DNA of 64,000 bases from NCBI RefSeq assembly GCF_963921235.1, contig NC_086099.1:51088001-51152000 (forward strand), read 5' to 3'. Below, one piece after another: positions 36,376 through 49,138 of this stretch. This stretch comes from Mobula hypostoma (taxonomy: Eukaryota). Each line of letters starts with the position of its first letter. Positions within the stretch are counted from its first letter, which is position 1. A model generated the notes under the pieces. The model ran no database searches. It saw only the letters and a list, made by a program, of their open reading frames with translations, and was not told where the DNA came from. The translations under genes and the position numbers were made by a program.

Positions 36376-39300
36376 CTGAATCTACAATGCTGTTATTCTA
36401 TCTTTTCACACTAAGTCTCCACTCCAATGAAGCCAGACTGCTTTCCTCAGCTGAACATAAGGCCTCAGAAGTGAACGAGTTTGGCAGCAGCATTCAGTTC
36501 CCAGAGAGCATAGGCTGCCAGCTTAATCTGTGTCAGCACTGCTACTCAAATGGTGCTCAACTATCACTCACTTAACAATTCCACAGAAATGGTTGATGTG
36601 TTAAGGAAAAGGTTTCATAATGATGTAGTAGTAGTAGTAGTAGCAGTTTTCAAAGGTTCAGTCAAATCAAACTGTACAGACAGCATCATTGTGCATCTAA
36701 TGTGCATCATACAACTGGAGTCTTCTTTACTTTCAGAATGATTAACATTCTGCTACATTTCAAGATAACATACTGATTTCATTAAGTATAAAGAATAAAT
36801 CACCATTCCAACCCACAAATACACAAAAACAGAATTGCATTTTTTTCATTTGTAGTTTCACCCACTTTTGCAGAAAAAGAAGAAATTGCACAACTTTCAG
36901 AAACACAGTCGAATACTTCACTGACAAACTGATAATGAATGATTGGGGACTACACCAAATCGGGGGTTGTGCACAGTGAAGTTAACTATATGAGCAGCAA
37001 ATTAAGCAGAATTCATGTGAGCCAAAAGCTAAATGAGTCATGGAACAATCCAGATAAAGGGCTCCAAGTATTCTACATTAGAAAGGCCAAATCCTGTAAC
37101 TTGATAAACTCTGAAAGGCAATTACTTCACTTGATCCCACGATACCCTAACACCATAGCTGAGAACTTCACCATGAACACTACAAATGGCTTGACCTCAA
37201 GCACAGTTTAAAATTATCTGGCACTGGAGAGGGGCAGAAATTTCATACACACTTTTCATTTCGTTTAAAATAAGGCTGCAGCAATTCTATGAAGTGGATA
37301 CTTCCAAAAGATGAAAAAGAATGCCCAGCAACTTAATTACAGCTCTGCAGCTCTTCTTTAATCCTCAAGGATTCAAACCCTGTACATAATGCTTTCTTAT
37401 ACGAAACAACAGCTGCTACTCACATTACTGAAATACGAGGCTGTACTTCAGGCTAATTAAGGCCTAAAATTTTCTTTGGTTTATTCAGTCTTCTAATTGC
37501 ACTACTTTTCTATCATCCTACAACCACAAAGTACAGTTTTTGGAAAAAGATGATAAATCAGAGCCATCTATAGAACAGTGAAACATTGGACCTGACTATG
37601 CTTGATCCAGCCTTGTGCTCACTAACCCCCTTGATGATCTCCATGGCAACATTAACCTTTTCACAACCCCTGGTTCAATTGATCCAAAACCCTCACTGCT
37701 AAAGCTGCCCTGTGAAGTATAATGGTCTATATGTGCCAACTAGGCCTCAGGGGGTGAACCACAAGCTCCCCACCCATGATTGCCCTGAATGCCTTTTAAC
37801 TTTACCGCCAAAGGTCTTTTTCAACTGCTTTTACATGATGTTGAAAGTACATTGAAGCTGAAAGACAGATAATTAAATATAAAAACATAATCAGTATTAA
37901 TTAAAACAATAATATTAATTAAAGTAAAAGAAAGCATTGAACCACTTAGCTTCTTCATTCAGATGAACAATTCAATTTAAACATATGGGGGTGGGGGGGG
38001 GTGGAAAGAGAAGTCACTTTACCAAAACATTACTGATCCTTACCAATGGATTTAATGTCAAGACCAACAATGAGTAAAATCTAAGAGAGTGTGTGTGTGT
38101 TTCTGCTTGTTTTGGGGAGGGGGTGGGGTGGGGAGGCAGAGAGGGGGAGCTGGTGGTGACCAGAAGGTTGGATCAAACACAACAGAGTACTGTAGATCTG
38201 TGGAATCTGCTGACCCATGCAATACTTTTAATTGCCAGTTAAGAAGCACAATCGGGCTATTAAATTATTAAACATTAAATATATGATCATTCACTGATGC
38301 CAGGATATGCCCAGGACATGCCCTCTTCTCATTGCTACCATCAAGGAGGAGCTACACAAACTTGAAGACACGCACTTAACATTTTAGGAACAGCTTACTG
38401 TCTTCCCACTAACAGATTTCTGAATGGACAATGATTCCAAAGTTTTGCTTCATGGATGACTGGATGATTAAATTAAAATGCTGGTCATTATTATAAATGA
38501 ATAACCTTGCAATTCTTTCCAAACTTTCTTGTGAATGCTATAGCACAAAAAGTAGAAATAATTTCTCAAAGAATTTTTATTGCATTACTACAGTTTGTTC
38601 ACAACAGTAGCCTTATTTCATCTTAACCTGCTTCAGCTAACAGCACTATTAAGTAACTGACAGTGAAAAACCATTAAGTGCACTAAATATTCTTATATTC
38701 ACATTTTATTTAGTTCAAAGCTTCTTTTGTACAACTTGTCAAAGATCTGAAGTTTAAATCTGAAGAATATTTACAGAGATTAGCAGTGAGTTCAATTCTC
38801 AAGAACGCAAACTACCCAATCAAGAAAGAATTGCTAAAAACATCTGCTTTGATGTTCCCAATATATGGTAACAGTACCTAATGGGAAATCAGACACCACA
38901 TCTGATGACGGTCCTTAACATCTACATATGAAAATTCATGAACTAGAAGTTAATTTTCCAATTTAAATTCCCAGCATCTGGAACACCAAGAAGCAATCTA
39001 CTGTCTCAGCAAAGGCATTGTTGTGTGCTGTTTGGCCATTTGAGTACAAACTTTCTTGGTTAAATCCTCAGTTAGTTTTGAGTTAACTGAGCTTGGCAGA
39101 AGGATGCTGAGAAGTATAAACCTGACACCAATCCTCTGTTCAGTTTAGTGATTCCAATTGGATTGAATGGGTGAATGATGGGTGACATCATTGACATCAA
39201 GTCAGAGTGACAGGCCCTAGGAAGTTCAATATTGCATTAATTCATGGGGCTTTTCTTGCACCTAGGGATATTTATATATCAGCAAATATCAGATCTGTTC

Positions 39301-39899
39301 AAGAAGAAAGAAAAAAAGACCAAAAATGAACAGAAGATTTTGTCTGGAGTATTTTGAAATAGCCATCTGCAATTGATGCTATTGTTCCTCTAATTTCCAG
39401 GATCTTGGCTTCCCAAAAAAAAAACAGACATAAATTTACTGGAGGCATCAAAGAAACCACAAAGAAAAGACTGAATTTGCAAATTCTTTTTTTTTAATTG
39501 AAAGGAAAGGAAAGCCAGTAATGTTTTGGAGACCACCCACATTCTGTTTTCTCCATAGATTTATAAACAGTTAAGTTCTGGTTTCAATAAGTTCTCAATA
39601 AAGTCAGACCAGTCAAGTCCACATGGCTGAGAAATTAAGGTATCTATATACAAAATAAAAACAGTGCTTAAAAAGCTGGAATGCATATGATGAGTCCTGA
39701 AGTGGTTTTATGATCTTAATTAACAATATAACCAGTGGAATTGAAAAATACCAAGTAACTTCATGCTTTTAGGCAACCAATATTTCCATAAATATTTTCA
39801 ATAATCCATTTATCTAATCAAATATTTGAATATATATTTAATGAAGACAAAATGAAAGCTTGCTCTTTACATCTATAAAACATACTTATTATAGACATG

Positions 39900-40197
39900 T
39901 TTATTTTTATTTCACAGATACAGTGCAGAATAGGTCTTTCCAACCGAATGAGCCACACCACCCAGCAACCCAAGTATTTTAACATTAGCCTAATCAAGGG
40001 ACAATTTCATTGGCCAATTAGCCTACCAACTGGTACATCTTTGGACTGTGGGAGGAAACCCTAGCAGCTGGGGGAAACACACGCAGTCACGGAGAGAACG
40101 TACAAACTCCTTACAGACAGTGCCAAAATTGAACTCCACACTCCAGAGCACACTGTGATGTAATGGTATCATGCTAACCCCTACACTACCATGGCAT
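39900..40197 (-). mobile_element. HE1/V-SINE-type SINE
   Basis: Plus strand ggtacatctttggactgtgggaggaaacc...acgcagtcacggagagaacgtacaaactccttacagacag is the reverse complement of the V-domain core. Confidence 0.8.
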
Positions 40198-41624
40198 CCT
40201 TATAATGTGTGGCTCTGTTGAGGAGAGGGGATGGAGTTATGGGTGTCTGTGTAATTAGTAGATAGTAACAGCATGCAAACGAAAAGCAGGTGACGTTAAC
40301 AAACATTTGTGGCTCCTGAGTGCCTATAGGAAAATTATAAAATTATAAAATGTCACTGTTTGTACTAGAATCATATTGATGAAATCAAGCTTGGGGATTT
40401 CCTCCAAGTGCTCTGAATCCTCCCTAAGAAGTGGGGTTTAGAAGACGAAGTGGCCGCTGTTAAAATTGCCTTGTGTGTTAGTGAGTGGTAGAGGCTGGGA
40501 ATGTGGGGTGAGCAAAATTGGATTAGTGTAGGATTACTGTAAATTCATAAATATGATGTGCCATAGTTCTAGGCTGTGTGGCTCTATGATCTAAAAAAAA
40601 AGTCATCCCTTTTCCTATCCGGGGGGGGGTTACGAGCCTATACATCAATGAGAAAGAAACTTTACGAAAAATAATCAGAAGAATTTTCACAACAGTTCAG
40701 AAGAGGTTATGGCATTGAGATAATTGGTTAACTCAAAAAGATGAAAAAGCATTTCTTGACTAGTTAGTGCAGGTTTCTAATATTTATCCAACTTCGTTAA
40801 TTTCATAAACATTAAAATGTTACTTAAAGTTCCACTGCCTACAATATCAGGCCAGCCAAAACAATAATTATAATTAATATGCTTCATTCCAAACACATGT
40901 ATCCACAAACAGCAAATTTAAAATAGTTTTGATCTATTGCAGAATCTAGTTAAAATTTCAAAGTGTTAATTTCATTTTGAAATGCCAAAATCAATTTCAA
41001 ACATAACACACGTCTTAGACATGCATATTGAGTAAGGTTACCAGACAAAGCAAAGCATATCAATTGTAGAGGAAAACAGAATTGGTAGAATACCTTACGG
41101 AAGCAAGCAATCTCATACTTCGAAATTAATTCAGACTTGCAGGCATCACTGGCTAGCATTTACTGCCAAAAACTTAACTGCACTTTAAAAGTCATTCTTA
41201 AACTGCGCTTCTTATAGTAAATGTCTATTTGCAGGACATGCTTGGCTAGGACCTCTATGATTTGTGATATATGTGTGGAGTGTGCGACATGGGTGGGGGG
41301 AACAGAGGTGTTTTCAAGTGCTTGCTTGCTTTGCCGTGGTAAAAGTTGCGGTTTGAGCAGATACTTTAGAAGAGTCCTTGGAAAGTTGCTTGAGTCACGG
41401 TAAACAATGCCTCTAAAAAGTATTCTTCACTATCTTGAACGGTTTCATGTTTTATTGATTTATAACATTGAATCACAGTGGATTTTACTTGACAGAGTTG
41501 ATGACAACTTTCATTACCTTACTGCAAATTGTCGAGATACTGATCAGCTTGATAGGATTTGAATTCCTTTTTGTGAACAGGATGGTTCTACACAAGACTG
41601 GACAGATGCCAGTGATATAAATGT

Positions 41625-42030
41625 ATCGGAACCGTTAATCAAGCTTGCTGTGGACCACAGCTTAGTCTGCTCCAACTCACTGTGGAGTGATTTAAGTAGG
41701 CTGCAGAGATGTCCTCTGTGATGCCAGGGATCTAAGAAATCTACTCTGCACTCCTATCTGAAGACAATTCCAAATGTTTGACCATTGTGTTTGTTCTCAA
41801 TTGCCGAATGTCATCTCCATTAAAAAATGTCTTCCTCTGTTCAATGGTCCACCAACACTTGTTTGGACACAGTAGGATTGTGGACCTTTGATCAGATTCA
41901 TGAGTTAATAGCTCCTTTAAAGCGTAACCACAGCTTACCATTCCCACAGGATGCTACCCAGATATAGTCATATTTACAAATCTACACCAGTTTTAAGCAC
42001 ATCCTGCACTACTCCAGACAGGTATTGTTG
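41625..42030 (-). repeat. ~400-bp dispersed repeat, copy 1 (probably LINE-derived)
   Basis: Colinear with 48370-48765; shared blocks include tcttcctctgttcaatggtccaccaa, tcagattcatgagttaa and ttttaagcacatcctgcactac. Confidence 0.8.
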
Positions 42031-43389
42031 CATTCATTGTTAAATCAGGGTCGGACTCTTGCTGATGTTGTGGCTTGCTTGGACATGGTGTAGAAACTGC
42101 ACCGCTACCGATTTTCCAAACTGATGATGATCCAATTCTTCCTGCTGGATACATGCTCCCGTTCTATCCATCAGAGCACAACGGTAGTTCTACCTTGCAA
42201 AGTTATCTTCCCTGACCACTGGGGACTGTATGTACTATTGTTATTATATGTGCTGAGTGTGACTGTATGTACTATGTTTTGTACCTTGGCTCCGGAGAAA
42301 TGTTGTTTCATTTAGCTGTATGCACATAGTTGGTTGAATGACAATTAAACTTAAACTTGGACTTCAACTTGAAACTACCTGTGCAAATGACCACTTCAAG
42401 ACATTTTGTAACAATCTACAATCTAAGTGCTTATTCCACATGACATTAAAAATGAAGTAGCCGCAATACATCAGCTAAGAGAGGCTCTTAGGAAGTTAAT
42501 CAGCTTTTTACTTGCTCATGTACCTCTTGATGGCATCACACTTCTACACTTCAAGAATGTCTGGCACCAAAGTTGCGGCCACACCTTCTCAACTGTGTTC
42601 TAAAATCTTATCACTCAAATGCATGTATATGTATCCCGCAGGTGAGAGATAGACCCAGGAACAGTAATGCAGGAATCTAGGATACCTGCTTAAAGGAAAA
42701 CTGTGGGCATAATCAATGTCAGTCAGTTCCTTACAAGACTTCCACAACAATTCTCACATTATCAGAACATACACAGATGTTAACAAACACGACTCTGCTA
42801 AATTGACATAACTGAGTGCATCTTAGCAAATCTGGTGATTAAGTTGAAAGTAGCTTTATACTCATTTAAATTGTAGAACTACTTCAACTAAGTGGCAATT
42901 AAGATGCAGTCACATTACTATGGACAGTTCAAGTTTAGACTCGAGTTGGCAAGAACAGTCCCTTTCTAATGGACTTCAGTGAAGCAGCTCTACATTCATA
43001 ACCTATATTTTTAAATATCATCACAACTCATGTCATCCATTTTTAAATTTTCTTATTAAATTAACTCCTGGTGTCTTAAATTACTAGTCTAACAATGTGA
43101 CCACTATACCCTAATACCCCAAGAGCAGTATTGAAGAGTTGCTGGTAAGCTAGTTAGGGAGATAGTTACTCCATAATAGGACATGGTAGCAAGAATCCAG
43201 ATCCCAAAATAGAAGTAATCAGTTTCATATTAATAAGCAATCCAAAAAAAATCTCCCGTGGAAAGGATCGTATAAACTATAAGCTGTATCTCTCCCTCTC
43301 TCATACACAAAACAAATTTACCACACAAGTATTGATAGTTTTTGCTGAAGCTGGAAAACTGAAGAAATAGTTTTGTCTTTTATTTATAT

Positions 43390-43645
43390 CAGCAAGGAGG
43401 TACAGGAGCATTAAGAGTCACAATCAGTATTTCAGGAACAGCTGCTTCCCCTCTGCCATCTGATTCCTGAAAAGTCCAAGAACCCATGACCACCACCACA
43501 CTACTTTGCTCCCTTTGTGACCTATTTCTTTTTATATATTCTTATTGTAATTTATAGTAAATATTATGCATTACACTGCACTGTTGCTGCACGTCAACTA
43601 ATTTCACAACATATGTCAGCGATAACAAATCTGATTCAGATTCTA
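43390..43645 (+). mobile_element. L2-like LINE 3' end
   Basis: ttcaggaacagctgcttcccctctgccatc (FRNSCFPSAI) and UTR ending aatttcacaacatatgtcagcgataacaaatctgattcagattc. Confidence 0.7.
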
Positions 43646-43913
43646 TACTGAATTTATTTACATATTGCAAAATGGATTTTCTTAAGACTCTTCTTTGACT
43701 TATTCATTCATAGGATGCTCACTTGCTGTCAAAGCTGGTGCTCGCTGTCCTTGTCTAATTGCTTCTGAACTGATGAAGTTTCAAGAGTCAGTCATGGTAT
43801 TGGGTCTGGAATCAGATATGTGCCACATCAGTTGACTTCTCACTCTGAAGGATACAAGTAATCCAGGTGGCTACAGACAATCCAGTAGGCTCTTGGTCAC
43901 TTTTACCTAGATA

Positions 43914-46109
43914 CAGTGGTGCTAGAAAATTTGTGAACGCTGTAGAAATTTCTCTATTTCTGCATAAATATGTCCTAAAATGTGATCAAATCTTCACACA
44001 AGTCCTAAAACTAAATAAAGAGAACCCCCAATTAACTAAATAACACAAAAAAAACATTAAACTTGTTCATTTATTTATTGAGAAAAATCATCCAATATCA
44101 CAAGTATTTGTTGGGAAAAGTATGCGAAACTCTGGGGTAATGCCTTCTACAAAAGCTATTTGGAGTTAGGTATTCCAAACAATAAGATGAGATTGGAGGT
44201 GTGGGTTGTAGAGGTGCCCTGCCCTATAAAAATGACACACAAAGACAGGTAAGTCACAGAGCCTGCTCTTCTCAAGAAAGATCTGTTTATGTGCACTATG
44301 CCGTTATCATAAGCATCACCTAGGATCTCGCATGGTCCTGTACGTATGTGGCTGTGTGGTGAAAAAAGTACAACAGTGCCCCTTTCACCTCAGACGGTTG
44401 AGGAAGTTTGGTATGGCCTTTCAAATGCTAAGAACTTTCTATAGGGGCACGATTGAGAGCATCCTGACTGGCTGCATCAATATCTGGTATGGGAACTGTA
44501 CTACCCTCAATCGCAGGACTCTGCAGAGAGTGGTATGGACAGCTAACACATCTGTTGATGTGAACTTCCCATTATTCAGGACATTTACAGAGACAGGTGT
44601 GTAAAAAAGGCCCAAAGGATCATTGGGGAGCCGAGTCACCCCAACCACAAACTGTTCCAGCTGCTACCATCCAGGAAATGGAACCGCAGCATAAAAGCCA
44701 GGACCAACAGGCTCCGGGGCAACTTCTTCCACCAGGCCAATAGACTGCTTAACTCATGCTGGCACAACTGTATTTCTATGTTTTTTGACTAACCTGTTGT
44801 ACATACTATTTGTTATAAATTACTATCAATTGCACATTTAGACAGAGACATAACGTAAAGATTTTCACTCCTTATGTATGTGAAGGATGTAAGTAATAAA
44901 GTCAACTTAATTCAAAACAACTTTCAGAGTAACTCGGAAGAAGAACTGTAGATACATGAAGCTGGAAGAGGCTACAAAAGTAGTTCTAAAGACATGAGTG
45001 TTCGTCAGTCCACAGAAAGAAAAATTGTGTACAAATGGAGGAAACTCAGTACTGTTGCTACTCTCCCTAGGAGTGGGCATATTGCAAAGATCACACCAAC
45101 AGCACAACGTGCAATGCTGAAGGAGGTAAAAAAGAACCCAACCAAAGACCTGCAGAAATCTCTAGAACTTGCTAAGGTCTTTGTTTATATGTCAACCATA
45201 AGAAAAACACTGAACAAGAAAGGTGTTCACGGAAGGACAGCATGGAGGAAACCACTGCTCCCAAAAAAAACATTGCTGCACACCTCAAGTTTGCAGAAGA
45301 CCACCTAAATGTTCTACGATGCTTCTGGACATGAAAGATGAAACAAAAGTTGGAACATCTTGGCAGAAATGCACATTGCTATGTTTTGGAGAAAGGACAC
45401 CAAAACCTCATCCCAACTGCAAAGCATGGTGAAAGAAGTATCATGGTTTGCAGCTGCTTTACTGCCTCAGGGCGTGGACGGCTTGCAACCGTTGAGGGAA
45501 CAACAAATTCAAAATTGTACCAAGACATTTTACAGGAGAATGTCAGTGTAGCAGTCTGTCACCTGAAGCTTAATTAAAAGATGGATAACGCAACAAGACA
45601 ATGATCCAAAAGACAAGAGTAAATCAATAACAGAATGGCTTAAAAAGAAGAAAATTCATGATTTAGAATGGCAGAGTCAAAGTCCTGACCTTAATTCTAT
45701 AGAAATGGTGAGGAAGGACCTGAAACAAGCAGTTCATGCAAGGAATCCCACCAACATGCCAGAGTTGAAGCAGGTTTGGCAAGGAGGAATGGCCTAAAAT
45801 TCCTCCAAGCTGATGTGTAGGTCTGATCAACAGTTACTGGAAATGTTTGGTTGAAGTTATTGGTGTACAATGAGATCACACCAGTTATTGGAAGCAAAGG
45901 TTCACATATGATTTCCAACAAATACATGTAATTTAATATCATTTTTTTCAATAAATAATGAACAACTATACATTTTTTACGGTATTTCTTTAATTGGGTT
46001 CTCTTTATCTAGTTTTAGGACTTGTGTGAAGATCTGATCACATTTGAGGTCATATTTATGCAGAAATAGAGAAAATTCTACAGGGTTCACAAACTTTCTA
46101 GCACCACTA
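43914..46109 (+). mobile_element. Tc1-family DNA transposon with ~215-bp TIRs and a decayed DD34E transposase, interrupted by a LINE
   Basis: TA at 43912-13 and 46110-11. Ends CAGTGGTGCTAGAAAATTTGTGAAC and GTTCACAAACTTTCTAGCACCACTA. Transposase remnants: ATG at 44298, KWRKLSTVATLPRSG, GVHGRTAWRKPLL, DETK, QQDNDPK and QSQSPDLNSIE. Confidence 0.93.
44305..44912 (+). mobile_element. L2/Rex-like LINE 3' end inserted at the start of the Tc1 transposase
   Basis: VVKKVQQCPFHLRRLRKFGM...FYRGTIESILTGCINIWYGNC; tail gtaataaagtcaacttaattcaa, after which the transposase resumes (SKQLSE). Confidence 0.88.
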
Positions 46110-46935
46110 TAAACTTGAATTGCAGACTTACTTTGATACCTGTATTTAAATTCCCCAGATGCTATGGTAAAATCTGAACATGCTCCTGAACCAGGGCCTG
46201 CGTTAATCTTCTAATTTACTAATTTAACCCGTGGTGCTACTATTCCTACTCTCCTCCTTAATTTCAGATACCACACTGAAGGACCACTAACATCCTCAGG
46301 TTTAAAAAGCAAAAGGCAGAGGGGAAGGAAAACTAAAGTTTCGACCCAAATGACTTACATTAATGCCTACGGCAAATTGGAATGAGTCTGGTTGGTCACA
46401 GTATGTTCCATTTAACTGATCCAGTGGAAACTGGTAAGTACTGAATTAAGTATGTTGCCATGGAAGAGAATGATCATTTAAACTGGTGGCCTTTATGCAG
46501 TGGGAAGTATATATATGCAGTGGGAAAAATATATATATATTTTTTTTGTATCATGGAAATAATCTGCAAAGCCCTCTTTTTGATCATCTGGATGGGCGAG
46601 GAGCTCTGCAATTATGGGGAATATGAAAGGATAGCTTAATTTTGCATTATGCCATGGAATTGAAACCACAATCGAATGGAAAACGTTTTATATGTGCTGA
46701 ATAAAGAGCACTAATTAACTGTATGAACCAGGAAGCTTAAACACTTCAGAAGAAGAAAAATAATTCATGAAACAGACTCGGTAATTTGTTATTCACAAAA
46801 AAACTTACCAGTTCTCCTTAAGTACACTGCTTCTATTGTTTCTTCACTTTCCCATCTATTTCTAACATGTTCACCAGATCTCACTTGCTATCTCAGTTAT
46901 CTAGCATGACAGCTCTATCCAATATTAACACTTAC

Positions 46936-47250
46936 CTGTCTCCTGATTTATGTTGAAAAAGCCTTGCGGATTGCCACTGGTAATCTTATAGCTCAGCCTG
47001 TCACTTGATCTGGAATCTGGGTCAGCCGCTTCAATCTGTACAACGGACATGTCTTTGGGAGAATTCTCCATGACTTCAGGGTAATAAACTGGCTGAGATG
47101 TCTGTGGAGCATTATCATTAACATCCTCAATTTCAATATACACTTCGATGAAGGAGAAGAGAGGCACAACTCCAAGATCGGTGGCATACACTGTGAGCCA
47201 GTAATGCGAAGCAGTTTCGTGGTCCAGAAGATCTGCTGTCCTAATTGTAC
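46936..47250 (-). CDS. FAT1: Internal coding exon (315 bp, phase 1-1) of a Fat atypical cadherin; best match FAT1, equivalent to vertebrate FAT1 exon 3
   Basis: Acceptor tttttctgttccttgtgcag|GT (AG at 47252-47251) and donor ACAG|gtaagt (GT at 46935-46934). Translation (G)[104 protein letters not shown](G) has the cadherin motifs DVNDNAP and ADPD. SHYWLTV, APQTS, PVYYPE and NPQGFF match recalled FAT1 better than FAT3. Confidence 0.93.
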
Positions 47251-48061
47251 CTGCACAAGGAACAGAAAAAGTAATGACGCATTTAATGTACTGAGGAACA
47301 CTAGGCTAATAACAATGCTTCTAAAGAATATAGTGAAGCTTTTATCAGTTTAATTACACAACTTTTATACACAGATTTTGCTAAAGTTTGACAATTCCTT
47401 CTATGTTAAACATTCAATAGGTAATTTTACCATGAAATAAAAATTTGTACATTCCCTGGTTTAGAATCCACATTATCAAGAAATCAGTAAAAATCTGTAT
47501 TTAATAGTTGTTCAGCCTTTTTGGCCTCACATACAAGAATAATTTAAATATTTTTCACATATCTTTCCCCTGAAATAGATCCAAGTTAATTAAAGTGAGA
47601 TTTTCTGAGATCAAAGGAAAATTGAAGGTCATTGCTGCTCAAATAACAAACAAGGCAAAGTGCAGCCGAGAAAGATAAGCATATTGCACCTGAAAACAAG
47701 ATTGATGGATGGCAGGGAAGTATCAGGTGATAGAGGGGTGAAGATGAGAAAGTGTTGGGAAGAGGGTCACAAGGAAAGATCTGAACCCAGACAATATTCC
47801 ACATTCAAAGTGTTAGGAAAGGCAAATGATAAATTGAATATGAAAGGAGATATTCTCCAAATAAATCACCCAATACACAGTTGGTTTCTCCAAATCAGAA
47901 CAGATCACAATAAGAGCACCAAATAAAACATATTAAATTAGCTTTCCAAAACAAACTGTTGTTCACGCTATAAGATACAGGACTCTATGCTGAGGAGTGG
48001 ACAGAAGCTCTATACAATCACAGTAGGTTGCATGAAGGAGGATTGGACTTAAGGCCGAAAC

Positions 48062-48146
48062 ATAAGAAATTCTACAGACACGGGAAATCCAAAGCAACAC
48101 ACACAAAATGCTGAAGGAACTCAGCATCTCAGGCAGCATCTATGGT
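48062..48146 (-). mobile_element. Penelope-type pLTR fragment (single arm)
   Basis: gcaacacacacaaaatgctgaaggaactcagcatctcaggcagcatctatgg, same motif as the left arms of the fold-back elements. Confidence 0.7.
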
Positions 48147-48369
48147 AATGACCTTTTGAGTTTCCAATTGCCATCAAGTTAATTGCCTATTCCAGTCCCA
48201 TTCCAACAATCTCCAAAGCAAGCTCAAGGAAGAGCCAGTGATATTAGATTAGATTATGAGGACACTCAGTCCTCATTTATTGTCATTTAGAAATGCATGC
48301 ATTAAGAAATGATACAATGTTCCTCCAGAGTGGTATCACAAAAATAACAGGACAAACCAAAACCTAGAT

Positions 48370-48765
48370 ATAACTGGATTCGAACAAGCTTGTTGTGGAC
48401 CACAGCTCAGTCACCTCCAATCCACTGTGGATTGATCTAAACTGGCTACAGGGATGTCTTCGGTGAGGCCAGGGATCTATGAAATCTACTGTACATTCCC
48501 ATCTGAAGACAGTTCCAAATGTTTCACTCTTGTGTTTTGCTCTCAATTGCCAGATTTCATCCCCATTGAAAAATCTCTTCCTCTGTTCAATGGTCCACCA
48601 AAATCCTTGTTTGGATAAAGCAGCTTTGTGGACCTTCGGTCAGATTCATGAGTTAACAGCTCACATAGTTTACCACTCCCACAGAATGCTACCCAGATTA
48701 AGTCATAGTTACAAATCTACACCAATTTTAAGCACATCCTGCACTACACCATTCAGGTATTGTTA
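48370..48765 (-). repeat. ~400-bp dispersed repeat, copy 2 (probably LINE-derived)
   Basis: Colinear with 41625-42030. Minus frame AKHKSETFGTVFRWECTVD resembles the pre-RT linker of CR1/L2-group LINEs. Confidence 0.8.
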
Positions 48766-48896
48766 CATTCACCAAAGTGGAGTCCTCTGAACTCTATTAT
48801 TTTCTGGTTGTATATTTCCGCTTTAATTTTCTTTCTTACTATGCAGTTCACTGCCATGTTTTAAGTCAATCTTTACCTTGTTCGCTTTGATCCAAC

Positions 48897-49138
48897 TCGG
48901 CCAAGGATGATCCAAGGAAGAGGGCTGGGCACAGTTCTAGCAAGCCCATCCCATAAAAACCCAGTGGTACAGAAAGGCCAACAGAAGCTCTGGAGACCTC
49001 ATCCCTGGGAGAGGAGGGATCTCCAAGCAGGGGCTATGCCTAGGGACATTTGAGGGACTGGCCCAGCAGCAAGGACTCTGGCAAACGGCTGTCAGTGGCC
49101 TATGCCTCAACAGTGGAAATGGACTTGCGTAAATAAGT
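48897..49138 (+). mobile_element. Short RTE-related SINE-like element
   Basis: Same blocks as 21420-21610; 3' part gactggcccagcagcaaggactctggcaaacggctgtcagtggcctatgc resembles RTE 3' ends. Confidence 0.55.

Larger units (their letters stand above)
15244..46935 (-). other. FAT1: GT-AG intron (31,692 bp) between the two Fat cadherin exons
   Basis: Defined by the donor at 46935 and the acceptor at 15244. The phases are compatible, the joined peptide is continuous, and no further cadherin-like ORF lies between. Confidence 0.88.

Noticed and set aside
46494-46540. Short tandem duplication tatgcagtgggaa (similar ones at ~15372, ~61470 and ~62570) as a CRISPR-like or regulatory array
   Set aside because: Only two units each with no spacers; ordinary slippage duplications.
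46925-47191. ORF-track 88-aa protein as a standalone gene
   Set aside because: It is part of a spliced exon. The true limits are the splice sites 47250 and 46936; the start is a GTG and the terminal GKC reads into the intron.
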